From: Candidatus Cloacimonadales bacterium
Lineage (GTDB): Bacteria > Cloacimonadota > Cloacimonadia > Cloacimonadales > JAFGVF01
Direction of reading: 5' to 3'
Assembly (NCBI GenBank): GCA_963662585.1
Contig: OY759729.1
Span: 256,001 to 320,000 of the forward strand
Length of the DNA: 64,000 nucleotides
Shown here: piece after piece, positions 50,904 to 59,768 of the stretch
Numbering within the stretch: position 1 is the stretch's first letter
Layout: each line of letters starts with the position of its first letter
Position numbers and translations under genes: made by a program
Notes under the pieces: generated by a model
The model's database searches: none
What the model saw: only the letters and a program-made list of their open reading frames with translations
What the model was told of the DNA's origin: nothing

Positions 50904-52151
50904 ATGCCTGTATTTAGACCCTTTAAGGCTGTTAGACCTGTCCCAGAAAAAGCTAAAGATATTGCTTCTTTACCTTATGATGTTATGGATTCTCAAGAAG
51001 CTCGCGAAGAAGTTAAAAGAAATCCATTAAGTTATATTCATGTTGAAAAAGCTGAAGTTGACTTACCTGAAGGTACTAACCTTTATAGCGATGAAGTCTA
51101 TAATAAAGCTAAAGAAAATCTTTATAATTATATCAAAAATGGCCATATGATTCAAGATGAAAAACCCGCTTTCTATGTCTATCGCCAAATTATGGATGGT
51201 AGAGTTCAAACCGGTTTAGTTGGCTGTGCTGCTACTGAAGATTACATGAATGATATTATCAAAAAACACGAACTTACTCGTGCTGCTAAAGAAGCTGATA
51301 GAATTAAACATGTTGATATCTGTGACGCTCACTCTTCTCCTGTTTTCTTTACTTACAGACATCGTGATGATATCAATGCTGTAGTTAGCAAAACTGTTGC
51401 TACTGCACCTGAATATGATTTTGTAGCTGACGATGGTATTGCTCACGCTCTATGGGTAATCTCTGATGATGCTGATCTTGCAACTATCACTCAAGCTTTT
51501 GCTGATATGGATTATCTCTATGTTGCTGACGGACATCACAGAACTGCTTCTGCTGCTAAAGTTGGACTTCTTAGAAAAGAAGCTAATCCTAACCATACCG
51601 GCCAAGAAGAATATAACTTCTTCATGACAGTTATCTTCCCTGATAATGACCTTTATATCATGGACTATAACCGTGTTGTTAAAGATCTTAACGGACATTC
51701 TTCTGAAGAATTCTTTAAATTAATTAAAGAAAACTTCGATGTAGAATTATACAATGGTCAAGGACAGTATAATCCAGAAGCAAGACATGATTTCGGTATG
51801 TACTTCGAAGGTAAATGGTATAAAATTACTGCTAAAGCAGGTACTTTCGATGAAAATAGTCCTACTAAATCTCTCGATGTTTCTATTCTTCAAGAAAACC
51901 TCCTTCACCCAATCTTAGCTATTGGCGATCCTCGTACTGATGAAAGAATCGATTTCATCGGTGGTATCAGAGGCTTAACAGAATTAGAAAAAAGAGTTAA
52001 CTCAGGTCGCGAAGTTGTTGCTTTTGCAATGTTCCCAACCTCAATTAAAGAACTTATGGATATCGCTGATGCAGGCGAGATTATGCCTCCAAAATCAACT
52101 TGGTTTGAGCCTAAATTAAGATCAGGATTATTCATCCACCTCTTAAAATAA
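50904..52151 (+). CDS. DUF1015 family protein
   Basis: PYDV, IKKHELT, YVADGHHR, MPPKSTWFEPKLRSGL. Confidence 0.92.
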   Translation: MPVFRPFKAVRPVPEKAKDIASLPYDVMDSQEAREEVKRNPLSYIHVEKAEVDLPEGTNLYSDEVYNKAKENLYNYIKNGHMIQDEKPAFYVYRQIMDGRVQTGLVGCAATEDYMNDIIKKHELTRAAKEADRIKHVDICDAHSSPVFFTYRHRDDINAVVSKTVATAPEYDFVADDGIAHALWVISDDADLATITQAFADMDYLYVADGHHRTASAAKVGLLRKEANPNHTGQEEYNFFMTVIFPDNDLYIMDYNRVVKDLNGHSSEEFFKLIKENFDVELYNGQGQYNPEARHDFGMYFEGKWYKITAKAGTFDENSPTKSLDVSILQENLLHPILAIGDPRTDERIDFIGGIRGLTELEKRVNSGREVVAFAMFPTSIKELMDIADAGEIMPPKSTWFEPKLRSGLFIHLLK

Positions 52152-52170
52152 GCAAACCTAAAATACTTAC

Positions 52171-52202
52171 GAGTGTCAGAAACTTCTGACACTCTTTTTT
52201 TT
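52171..52202 (+). terminator. Intrinsic terminator after DUF1015
   Basis: GAGTGTCAGAA-ac-TTCTGACACTC followed by a T8 run. Confidence 0.85.
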
Positions 52203-52520
52203 ATTTTTTTTTAAAAGAGCTAATAATGTTCCCACCCTACAAACATAAATCCCCACTATCTATAATACTATAGGTCCCACTTTTTCTAAAAATGGTCCAG
52301 TTTCTTAAATTTATTTAATAAATTTTCTGCCTTATAGAATATATTCTATAAGGTAGCTAGCCATTGTTAGTTCCATATAACATATTATTTACTATCAACT
52401 TTCTAATCTCTTTTACCTATAGATTAATGCTCCTCCCCTCCTCCTTCAATCTTATCTCAAGCATTATTTGATTTTTATTTGAGTTGAGTGAGAAGGAACA
52501 AAGGGGGAATAGTTAATAAC

Positions 52521-54395
52521 ATTACTAAATCCTCTTATTGACGGATTGCGAACAACCTGTTCGCGATACTCCAAAGATCTTTGGAGTAGAACTCTCTTGC
52601 AAGTATGCAAGATAATATTATCAAGCTGTGTAACAGCTTGTCGCATGCAAGGTGCATGCAATCCGACATGAAGAAGCTCTTATCATGCTTTAAGATCTAT
52701 TACTAAATCCTCTTATTGACGGATTGCGAACAACTTGTTCGCGATACTCCAAAGATTTTTGGAGTAGTATTTTCTTGCAGAATGCAAGATAATATTATCA
52801 AGCTGTGTAACAGCTTGTCGCATGCAAGGTGCATGCAATCCGACATGAAGAAGCTCTCTTCACGCTATAAGATCTATTACAAAATCCTCTTATTGACGGA
52901 TTGCGAACAACTTGTTCGCGATACTCCAAAGATTTTTGGAGTAGTATTTTCTTGCAGAATGCAAGATAATATTATCAAGCTGTGTAACAGCTTGTCGCAT
53001 GCAAGATGCATGCAATCCGGCATAAAGAAGCTCTTATCATGCTTTAAGATCTATTACTAGATCCTCTTATTGACGGATTGCGAACAACTTGTTCGCGATA
53101 CTCCAAAGATCTTTGGAGTTGAACTCTCTTGCAGAATGTAAGAAGATATTTTCAAGCTGTGTTACAGCTTGTCGCATGCAAGGTGCATGCAATCCGACAT
53201 GAAGAAGCTCTTATCATGCTTTAAGATCTATTACTAAATCCTCTTATTGACGGATTGCGAACAACTTGTTCGCGATACTCCAAAGATCTTTGGAGTTGAA
53301 CTCTCTTGCAGAATGTAAGAAGATATTTTCAAGTTGTGTTACAGCTTGTCGCATGCAAGGTGCATGCAATCCAGCATAAAGAAGCTCTCTTCACGCTATA
53401 AGATCTATTACAAAATCCTCTTATTGACGGATTGCGAACAACTTGTTCGCGATACTCCAAAGATTTTGGAGTTGAACTCTCTTGCAAGTATGCAAGATAA
53501 TATTATCAAGCTGTGTAACAGCTTGTCGCATGCAAGGTGCATGCAATCCGGCATAAAGAAGCTATTATCATGCTTTAAGATCTATTACTAAATCCTCTTA
53601 TTGACGGATTGCGAACAACTTGTTCGCGATACTCCAAAGATTTTTGGAGTAGTATTTTCTTGCAGAATGCAAGATAATATTATCAAGCTGTGTAACAGCT
53701 TGTCGCATGCAAGGTGCATGCAATCCGGCATAAAGAAGCTATTATCATGCTTTAAGATCTATTACTAAATCCTCTTATTGACGTATTGCGAACAACTTGT
53801 TCGCGATACTCCAAAGATTTTTGGAGTAATATTTTCTTGCAGAATGCAAGATAATATTATCAAACTGTGTAACAGCTTGTCGCATGCAAGGTGCATGCAA
53901 ACCGGCATAAAGAAGTTATTATCATGCTTTAAGATCTATTACTAAATCCTCTTATTGACGGATTGCGAACAACTTGTTCGCGATACTCCAAAGATTTTTG
54001 GAGTAGTATTTTCTTGCAGAATGCAAGATAATATTATCAAGCTGTGTAACAGCTTGTTGCATGCAAGGTGCATGCAATCCGACATGAAGAAGCTCTTATC
54101 AAGCTATAACATCTATTACTAAGTCCTCTTAATTGACGGATTGCGAACAACTTGTTCGCGATACTCCAAAGATTTTTGGAGTAGTATTTTCTTGCAGAAT
54201 GCAAGATAATATTATCAAGCTGTGTAACAGCTTGTCGCATGCAAGGTGCATGCAATCCGACATGAAGAAGCTATTATCATGCTTTAAGATCTATTACTAA
54301 ATCCTCTTATTGACGGATTGCGAACAACTTGTTCGCGATACTCCAAAGATTTTGGAGTAGAACTCTCTTGCAAGTATGCAAGCACTTCTACACCA
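52521..54395. repeat. Tandem array of 177-178 bp multi-hairpin REP/BIME-like units (10 full + 1 partial)
   Basis: TTGACG(G)ATTGCGAAC recurs at 52538, 52716, 52893, 53070, 53247, 53424, 53601, 53778, 53955, 54133 and 54310. Confidence 0.97.
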
Positions 54396-54456
54396 TAAAA
54401 TGATACGGCAATTATTTCATAATTAGCATAAAATTAAGTGGATCTATCGATTTGTG

Positions 54457-55017
54457 TTATTCCTTATTATTTGTTTTTCCATTATTTCTAATATATTTTA
54501 TTACACTTAAATAATGTTCTTCATTTCTTATATATCTATCAAAATAATCTTCCATCCAAAATTTTCCATTACGATTTAAAACTTGATTTCCCTTGTTAGC
54601 AGTATATGATTTCCAACTATGGATAATTTTAGGTAAACTAAATCCAGAGTAAGGCTTTATCAAAACATGAACATGGTTAGGCATAATTATCCATTCAATC
54701 AAATCATATCTTTCTTGATCAAATCTCTCCAAGGTTCCTTTAACAATGTTGTAAATTAGTGGATTCTTTAAATAACATTCGCCATATCCATTATCTTCAT
54801 AAATATGGATTTTCCTTTCTAACTTAATATAATCATCACTATTTTTATCAATTTCACCTGTTATCAATAATTCATTCTTCCAGCGTAGTAAAACTTGTTT
54901 GGGTACTGAATCGTGTAATCTGAAAGTGACGAATTGATAAAGTTCATCATTATCATAATGTGGAAAATTTCCTCTTTTGTAATAACCTTTAATATCATCT
55001 TCTAAAAAATAACACAT
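54457..55017 (-). mobile_element. REP-associated tyrosine transposase (RAYT/TnpA-REP; HUH/Y1, IS200 superfamily)
   Basis: RGNFPHYD, FVTFRLHDS.P, IMPNHVHVL (HUH motif), IIHSWKSYTA, FW..DYFDRYIR and a catalytic-Tyr helix KYIRNN; flanked by palindromic repeats. Confidence 0.9.
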
Positions 55018-55081
55018 AACCTTATTCCTGTTTCTTTAATTTTATAATTAAATATATATTATCTTACTTCTAACCACAAGT

Positions 55082-55425
55082 AAGCTTACATCTATTAATA
55101 AAACCTCTTATTGACGGATTGCGAACAACCTGTTCGCGATACTCCAAAGGTCTTTGGAGTAGAACTCTCTTGCAAGTATGCAAGATAATATTATCAAGCT
55201 GTGCTCAGCTTGTCGCATGCAAGGTGCATGCAATCCGACATGAAGAAGCTATTATCATGCTTTAAGATCTATTACTAAATCCTCTTATTGACGGATTGCG
55301 AACAACTTGTTCGCGATACTCCAAAGATTTTTGGAGTAGAACTCTCTTGCAAGTATGCAAGATAATATTATCAAGCTTTTGTACAGCTTATCGCATGCAA
55401 GGTGCATGCAATCCGACATAAGAGG
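55082..55425. repeat. Two further copies of the 177-bp unit on the other side of the transposase
   Basis: Unit starts at 55111 and 55288, same orientation as the left array. Confidence 0.96.
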
Positions 55426-55444
55426 TTAATTTTCTATATCACTA

Positions 55445-58096
55445 CTATTTCAAGCTTAAATATAGCTCTTTAACAGTATCTAATTTACCTTTTACTTCAT
55501 TAAACTTTTCTTTTTCTTTTTCTACAACTTCGGCTTTAGCATTTTGGATAAACTTTTCGTTTGAAAGTTTTCTTTCGATACCAGATAATTCTTTCTCAAG
55601 TTTTTCAATTTGTTTCTCGAGTTTTCCTTTCTCTTTATCTAAATCAACTAATCCCGTAAGTGGTAAATAAATCTCAATATTACGAACTACAGCTGCGATA
55701 GCTCCAGCAACTTTTTCACCATTAATGTTTAGATTCATCTTAGTTACTTTAGCTAATTTTGCAAAGTAATTCTGATAAGCATTAAAGAGCTCTTTTTGGC
55801 TTTCGTCAGCAACATTAACAGTAATTTCGATCTCGAGTCCAGGAGATAAGTTAACTTGCTTTCTCAAGTTTCTGATAGCAGTAATAGTCTCTTGAACAAA
55901 GTTCATGTTATCGTTGATAGAGTTATCAATCTTACTCTCATCTGCAAGAGGGAATTTAGCAATAATCAAGGCAGATTCATCCATTGGGAAATACTCTTTA
56001 ACTGTTTGCCAAACTTCTTCAGTAATGAAAGGCATTAGAGGATGAAGCAAACGCATAGATTCTTGTAAAACATCGAGTAAAACAAATTTAGCAGTTAGCT
56101 GTCCTTCTTTATCATTTTCATCATAGATTCTATCTTTAGAGAGCTCAATATACCAAGAGCAGTAGTCATTCCAAATAAACTGCATAAGAGTTTGGGCAGC
56201 ATCATTCTGTCTGAGGTTCTCATAATGATCAGTAACTTCTTTAATTACTTGATTTAATCTAGAATAGATCCAATTATCAGCTAATTCAAGCTTTAAATCT
56301 TCTCTCTTAGGTAAACCTTCTATCTTTTCAACATTCATCATGATATATCTAAAGGCATTCCAGATTTTGTTAGCAAAGTTTCTTCCTGTTTCGAGGAGAG
56401 CTTCAGAGTAATAACTATCTTGTCCTTTTGGAGTGTTGAAAATCATACCAAATCTTAAGGCATCTGCTCCAACTTCATCAATAATATTGATTGGATTTGG
56501 AGAATTACCAAGGGATTTAGACATCTTGCGTCCGATTTCATCTCTTACTATACCATGTAAGAAAACTGTATCAAAAGGTATCTTCTGTTCAAACTCCAAG
56601 GTAGCCATAATCATTCTAGCAACCCAGAGATAAATAATTTCGTGTCCAGTTACTAAAACATTAGTAGGCAAGAAGTAGTCTAGTTCTTTAGTCTTTTCAG
56701 GCCAACCTAAAGTTGAGAAAGGCCATAACCAAGAAGAGAACCATGTATCTAAAACATCTTCTTCCTGTCTTATGTTTGCACTTTGACATTTAGGGCACTC
56801 TGTAATCTCATCTTTAGTAACGATTATCTCACCACAATCATCACAGTAGAAGGCTGGGATTCTGTGTCCCCACCAAATTTGACGAGAAATACACCAATCT
56901 CTTACATTTTCCATCCAGTGCATATAAACTTTTGTCCAGCGTTCAGGTTGGAATTTAACTTGTCCATTACGAACAACTTCAATAGCAGGTTCAGCTAGTT
57001 CTTTCATAGAAACAAACCATTGGTCAGAGAGATAAGGTTCGATAACAGTATCGCAACGATAGCAATGACCTACCGCGTGTTGGTGATCTTGAGTCTTGAT
57101 AAGCAAATTATCAGCTTCCAGCATCTTAATTAATTTTTCTCTACAGGCATAACGGTCTAAACCAACAAAGTCTGGACCAGCTGTTTCATTCATAACACCA
57201 TGTTCGTCAATAACTAATATCTGAGCTAGGTTATGTCTTAATCCAACCTCAAAATCATTAGGGTCGTGAGCAGGAGTTATTTTTACACAACCACTACCAA
57301 ACTCTTTATCTACATAATCATCGGCAATAAGTGGAATTGTTCTGCCTGTATAAGGAAGGGTTAACTCTTTACCAACTAGATCTTTATATCTATCATCTTT
57401 AGGATTTACGGCAACAGCAACATCACCTAACATAGTTTCAGGGCGAGTAGTTGCTATCTCGATATAACCTGAGCCATCAGCATAAGGATATTTAATATGC
57501 CAAAGTTTGCCTGTTTCATCAGTATGTTCAACTTCATCATTTGCTAAAGCAGTTACACAACGAGGACACCAGTTGATAATTCTTTTTCCACGATAGATTA
57601 ATCCTTTATTATAAAGATGAATAAATACATCTTTAACAGCTTCTGATAAGCCTTCATCCATTGTGAATCTCTCTTTGGTCCAATCACAAGAACAACCTAA
57701 TTTCTTTAATTGCTCTATGATTATTCCACCCTTTTCCTGCTTGAACTCCCAAATCTTCTCAATTAAGGCATCGCGTCCGATTTCATGACGATTTGTTCCT
57801 TCTTTATGAAGATTCTTTTCAACAACATTTTGGGTAGCAATACCTGCATGGTCAGTTCCTGGAAGCCAGAGAGTTGGAACTCCAGTCATTCTCTTATATC
57901 GAATAAGAATGTCTTGAATTGTATTATTGAGAACATGTCCCATGTGGAGAATGCCAGTAACATTTGGAGGTGGAATTAAAATTGTGAAAGGTTTTTTTGT
58001 TTCATCTATTTCAGGGGTAAAATACCCTTTATCTGTCCACTCTTTATACCACTTCGCCTCGATAGTATTCGGTTCATATATTTTATTAATTTCCAT
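55445..58096 (-). CDS. valS: Valine--tRNA ligase
   Basis: PPPNVTG.LHMGH, DWCISRQIWWGH, KMSKS, C-terminal coiled coil KLSNEKF. Confidence 0.98.
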   Translation of the reverse strand: MEINKIYEPNTIEAKWYKEWTDKGYFTPEIDETKKPFTILIPPPNVTGILHMGHVLNNTIQDILIRYKRMTGVPTLWLPGTDHAGIATQNVVEKNLHKEGTNRHEIGRDALIEKIWEFKQEKGGIIIEQLKKLGCSCDWTKERFTMDEGLSEAVKDVFIHLYNKGLIYRGKRIINWCPRCVTALANDEVEHTDETGKLWHIKYPYADGSGYIEIATTRPETMLGDVAVAVNPKDDRYKDLVGKELTLPYTGRTIPLIADDYVDKEFGSGCVKITPAHDPNDFEVGLRHNLAQILVIDEHGVMNETAGPDFVGLDRYACREKLIKMLEADNLLIKTQDHQHAVGHCYRCDTVIEPYLSDQWFVSMKELAEPAIEVVRNGQVKFQPERWTKVYMHWMENVRDWCISRQIWWGHRIPAFYCDDCGEIIVTKDEITECPKCQSANIRQEEDVLDTWFSSWLWPFSTLGWPEKTKELDYFLPTNVLVTGHEIIYLWVARMIMATLEFEQKIPFDTVFLHGIVRDEIGRKMSKSLGNSPNPINIIDEVGADALRFGMIFNTPKGQDSYYSEALLETGRNFANKIWNAFRYIMMNVEKIEGLPKREDLKLELADNWIYSRLNQVIKEVTDHYENLRQNDAAQTLMQFIWNDYCSWYIELSKDRIYDENDKEGQLTAKFVLLDVLQESMRLLHPLMPFITEEVWQTVKEYFPMDESALIIAKFPLADESKIDNSINDNMNFVQETITAIRNLRKQVNLSPGLEIEITVNVADESQKELFNAYQNYFAKLAKVTKMNLNINGEKVAGAIAAVVRNIEIYLPLTGLVDLDKEKGKLEKQIEKLEKELSGIERKLSNEKFIQNAKAEVVEKEKEKFNEVKGKLDTVKELYLSLK

Positions 58097-58131
58097 TATT
58101 TCCTCTATATTTATCTTAATATTTTATTTAC

Positions 58132-58665
58132 TTAACTTAATTCTTTTCTTCTTTCTAGCTCTAGATTCAAAAAATAGTTCTGGGATATGAAAGGTAATTC
58201 CTTAATTTGACTAAGAGGGACCAATCGAGCATCTTCGGCATCGTCACCTGCCTTCAGCTCTCCTCCTACTACTTTCATGAGAAAACCGAAAGCTACAACC
58301 TTCTCATAAAATGGGTTTGGACTCATCTTGTAGCCAATTAAACGCACTACTTGCCCATCAAGACCTGTCTCTTCTTTCATTTCGGCAATAGCAGCAGTTT
58401 CAGGAGTTTGATCAATCTCCATATAACCACTTGGGAAAGCCCATTTACCAGCTGATGGTTCAAATTTTCGTTTAATAAGAACAATTTCATCCTTGTCATT
58501 GATGATTAAACAACAAACCACAGGGATGGGATTTTTATAAAATATCCATCCACAGGAAGGGCACTCAGGTCTTATCTTACCTTCTCTGTCTGTTTCTATC
58601 TCTAATTTATGCCCACATTTGAGGCAAAAATTGATTCCTTTATATCTCTCTTCATTTACTGTCAT
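58132..58665 (-). CDS. NUDIX hydrolase with N-terminal zinc ribbon
   Basis: FCLKCG...CPSCG, Nudix box G.ME..QT.E.AA..EMKEETG. Confidence 0.9.
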   Translation of the reverse strand: MTVNEERYKGINFCLKCGHKLEIETDREGKIRPECPSCGWIFYKNPIPVVCCLIINDKDEIVLIKRKFEPSAGKWAFPSGYMEIDQTPETAAIAEMKEETGLDGQVVRLIGYKMSPNPFYEKVVAFGFLMKVVGGELKAGDDAEDARLVPLSQIKELPFISQNYFLNLELERRKELS

Positions 58666-58833
58666 TATTACTCCTATTTATCAAGATAACCATTTTATAA
58701 AGCGTAATCGTGTCAAGAATTTATTGTGGTAAGTGATATTACTTGAGTTGAGAGAGTGATTATATCCAAAAAAGAATTTGACTTTTATCACAAGGAAATT
58801 AAATTTGTAAAAAATATTTTTAAGGAGTGATTT

Positions 58834-59154
58834 ATGTTCCCAGGTGGAAATATGAAACAGCTTATGAAAAAAGCTCAGAAGATGCAGAAAGACCTTTTAA
58901 AGGCTCAAGAAGAGATGGAAAGCAAGTTATTCCCTGCAACTTCAGGTGGCGGAATGGTTAAAATTGAAATGAATGGAAAATATGAAGTAAAATCAATTAA
59001 AATAGACCCAGAAGTAATTGACCCTGATGATGTTGAAATGTTAGAAGATTTAATCTTAGCTGCTTTAAAAGATGGCTTTGAACAAGTTGCTAAAAACAGC
59101 GAATCATCTATGTCTGATATCACTGGTGGCATGAAAATACCAGGTTTATTCTAA
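58834..59154 (+). CDS. ybaB: Nucleoid-associated protein YbaB/EbfC
   Basis: AQKMQ, SGGGMV, D.EMLEDLI.AA; upstream of recR. Confidence 0.93.
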   Translation: MFPGGNMKQLMKKAQKMQKDLLKAQEEMESKLFPATSGGGMVKIEMNGKYEVKSIKIDPEVIDPDDVEMLEDLILAALKDGFEQVAKNSESSMSDITGGMKIPGLF

Positions 59155-59164
59155 ACTTTTTAAG

Positions 59165-59764
59165 ATGATAAAAGTTATTGATGATTTAAAAGATGCTTTA
59201 AAGACTTTGCCGGGCATTGGAGAGAAAAGTGCTCAACGCCTGGCACTTCATATTCTTTCTCAGGAAAAGACTAATTCGCAATTGTTAGGAGAAGCAATCC
59301 TTAATTCTATTGCCCTAATAGATAATTGTCATGTCTGCAATATGCTAACAGATACGAATCCTTGCCTCTTCTGTTCAGATCCAAACCGGAATGATAAACA
59401 GCTCTGTATTGTTGAACATACAGCAGATGTGTTCATGTTAGAATCTACTGGAGAATTTTATGGTAAGTATTTTGTCTTGAGCAACTTACTCTCACCTATT
59501 GATGGTATTGGCCCTGAGGATATTCATATTGAAGATTTACTTTCTAGAATTAATGATTATGATGTTGAAGAAGTGATTATAGCCTTGAGTCCATCTGTTG
59601 AAGGTGAGACAACTATCTCATATATCGCAGATAGATTAGCAAATTGGCCAGGCAAAACAAGTAGATTATCTACCGGTATCCCTTTTGGTGGTGATTTAGA
59701 ATATTCTAACAAAATTACTATTGCCAATGCGCTAAAACATAGATTTAATATGAATAGTAGGTAA
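59165..59764 (+). CDS. recR: Recombination mediator RecR
   Basis: LPGIGEKSAQR, C4 zinc finger, LSPIDGIGP, EGETT, G.DLEY. Confidence 0.96.
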   Translation: MIKVIDDLKDALKTLPGIGEKSAQRLALHILSQEKTNSQLLGEAILNSIALIDNCHVCNMLTDTNPCLFCSDPNRNDKQLCIVEHTADVFMLESTGEFYGKYFVLSNLLSPIDGIGPEDIHIEDLLSRINDYDVEEVIIALSPSVEGETTISYIADRLANWPGKTSRLSTGIPFGGDLEYSNKITIANALKHRFNMNSR

Positions 59765-59768
59765 AAAA

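Noticed and set aside
52464..54255. ORFs 52464-52661, 52716-53060, 53334-53591 and 54037-54255 inside the array
   Set aside because: By-products of a 177-bp (59-codon) period. They are interrupted by stops and frameshifts in other copies, have no RBS, and conservation follows the hairpins rather than codons.
52521..55425. CRISPR array or guide-RNA array interpretation of the tandem repeats
   Set aside because: No unique spacers: the linkers are near-identical variants. The 177-bp unit is far longer than CRISPR repeats, and there are no cas genes in the window.
52512..55430. GTTAAT on both sides of the array as a target-site duplication
   Set aside because: Short AT-rich match not flush with the left boundary, and HUH/Y1 transposases do not normally create target duplications.
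58097..58131. T-box or attenuator leader for valS (also considered for lysS)
   Set aside because: The intergenic gaps are too short and no T-box consensus is visible.
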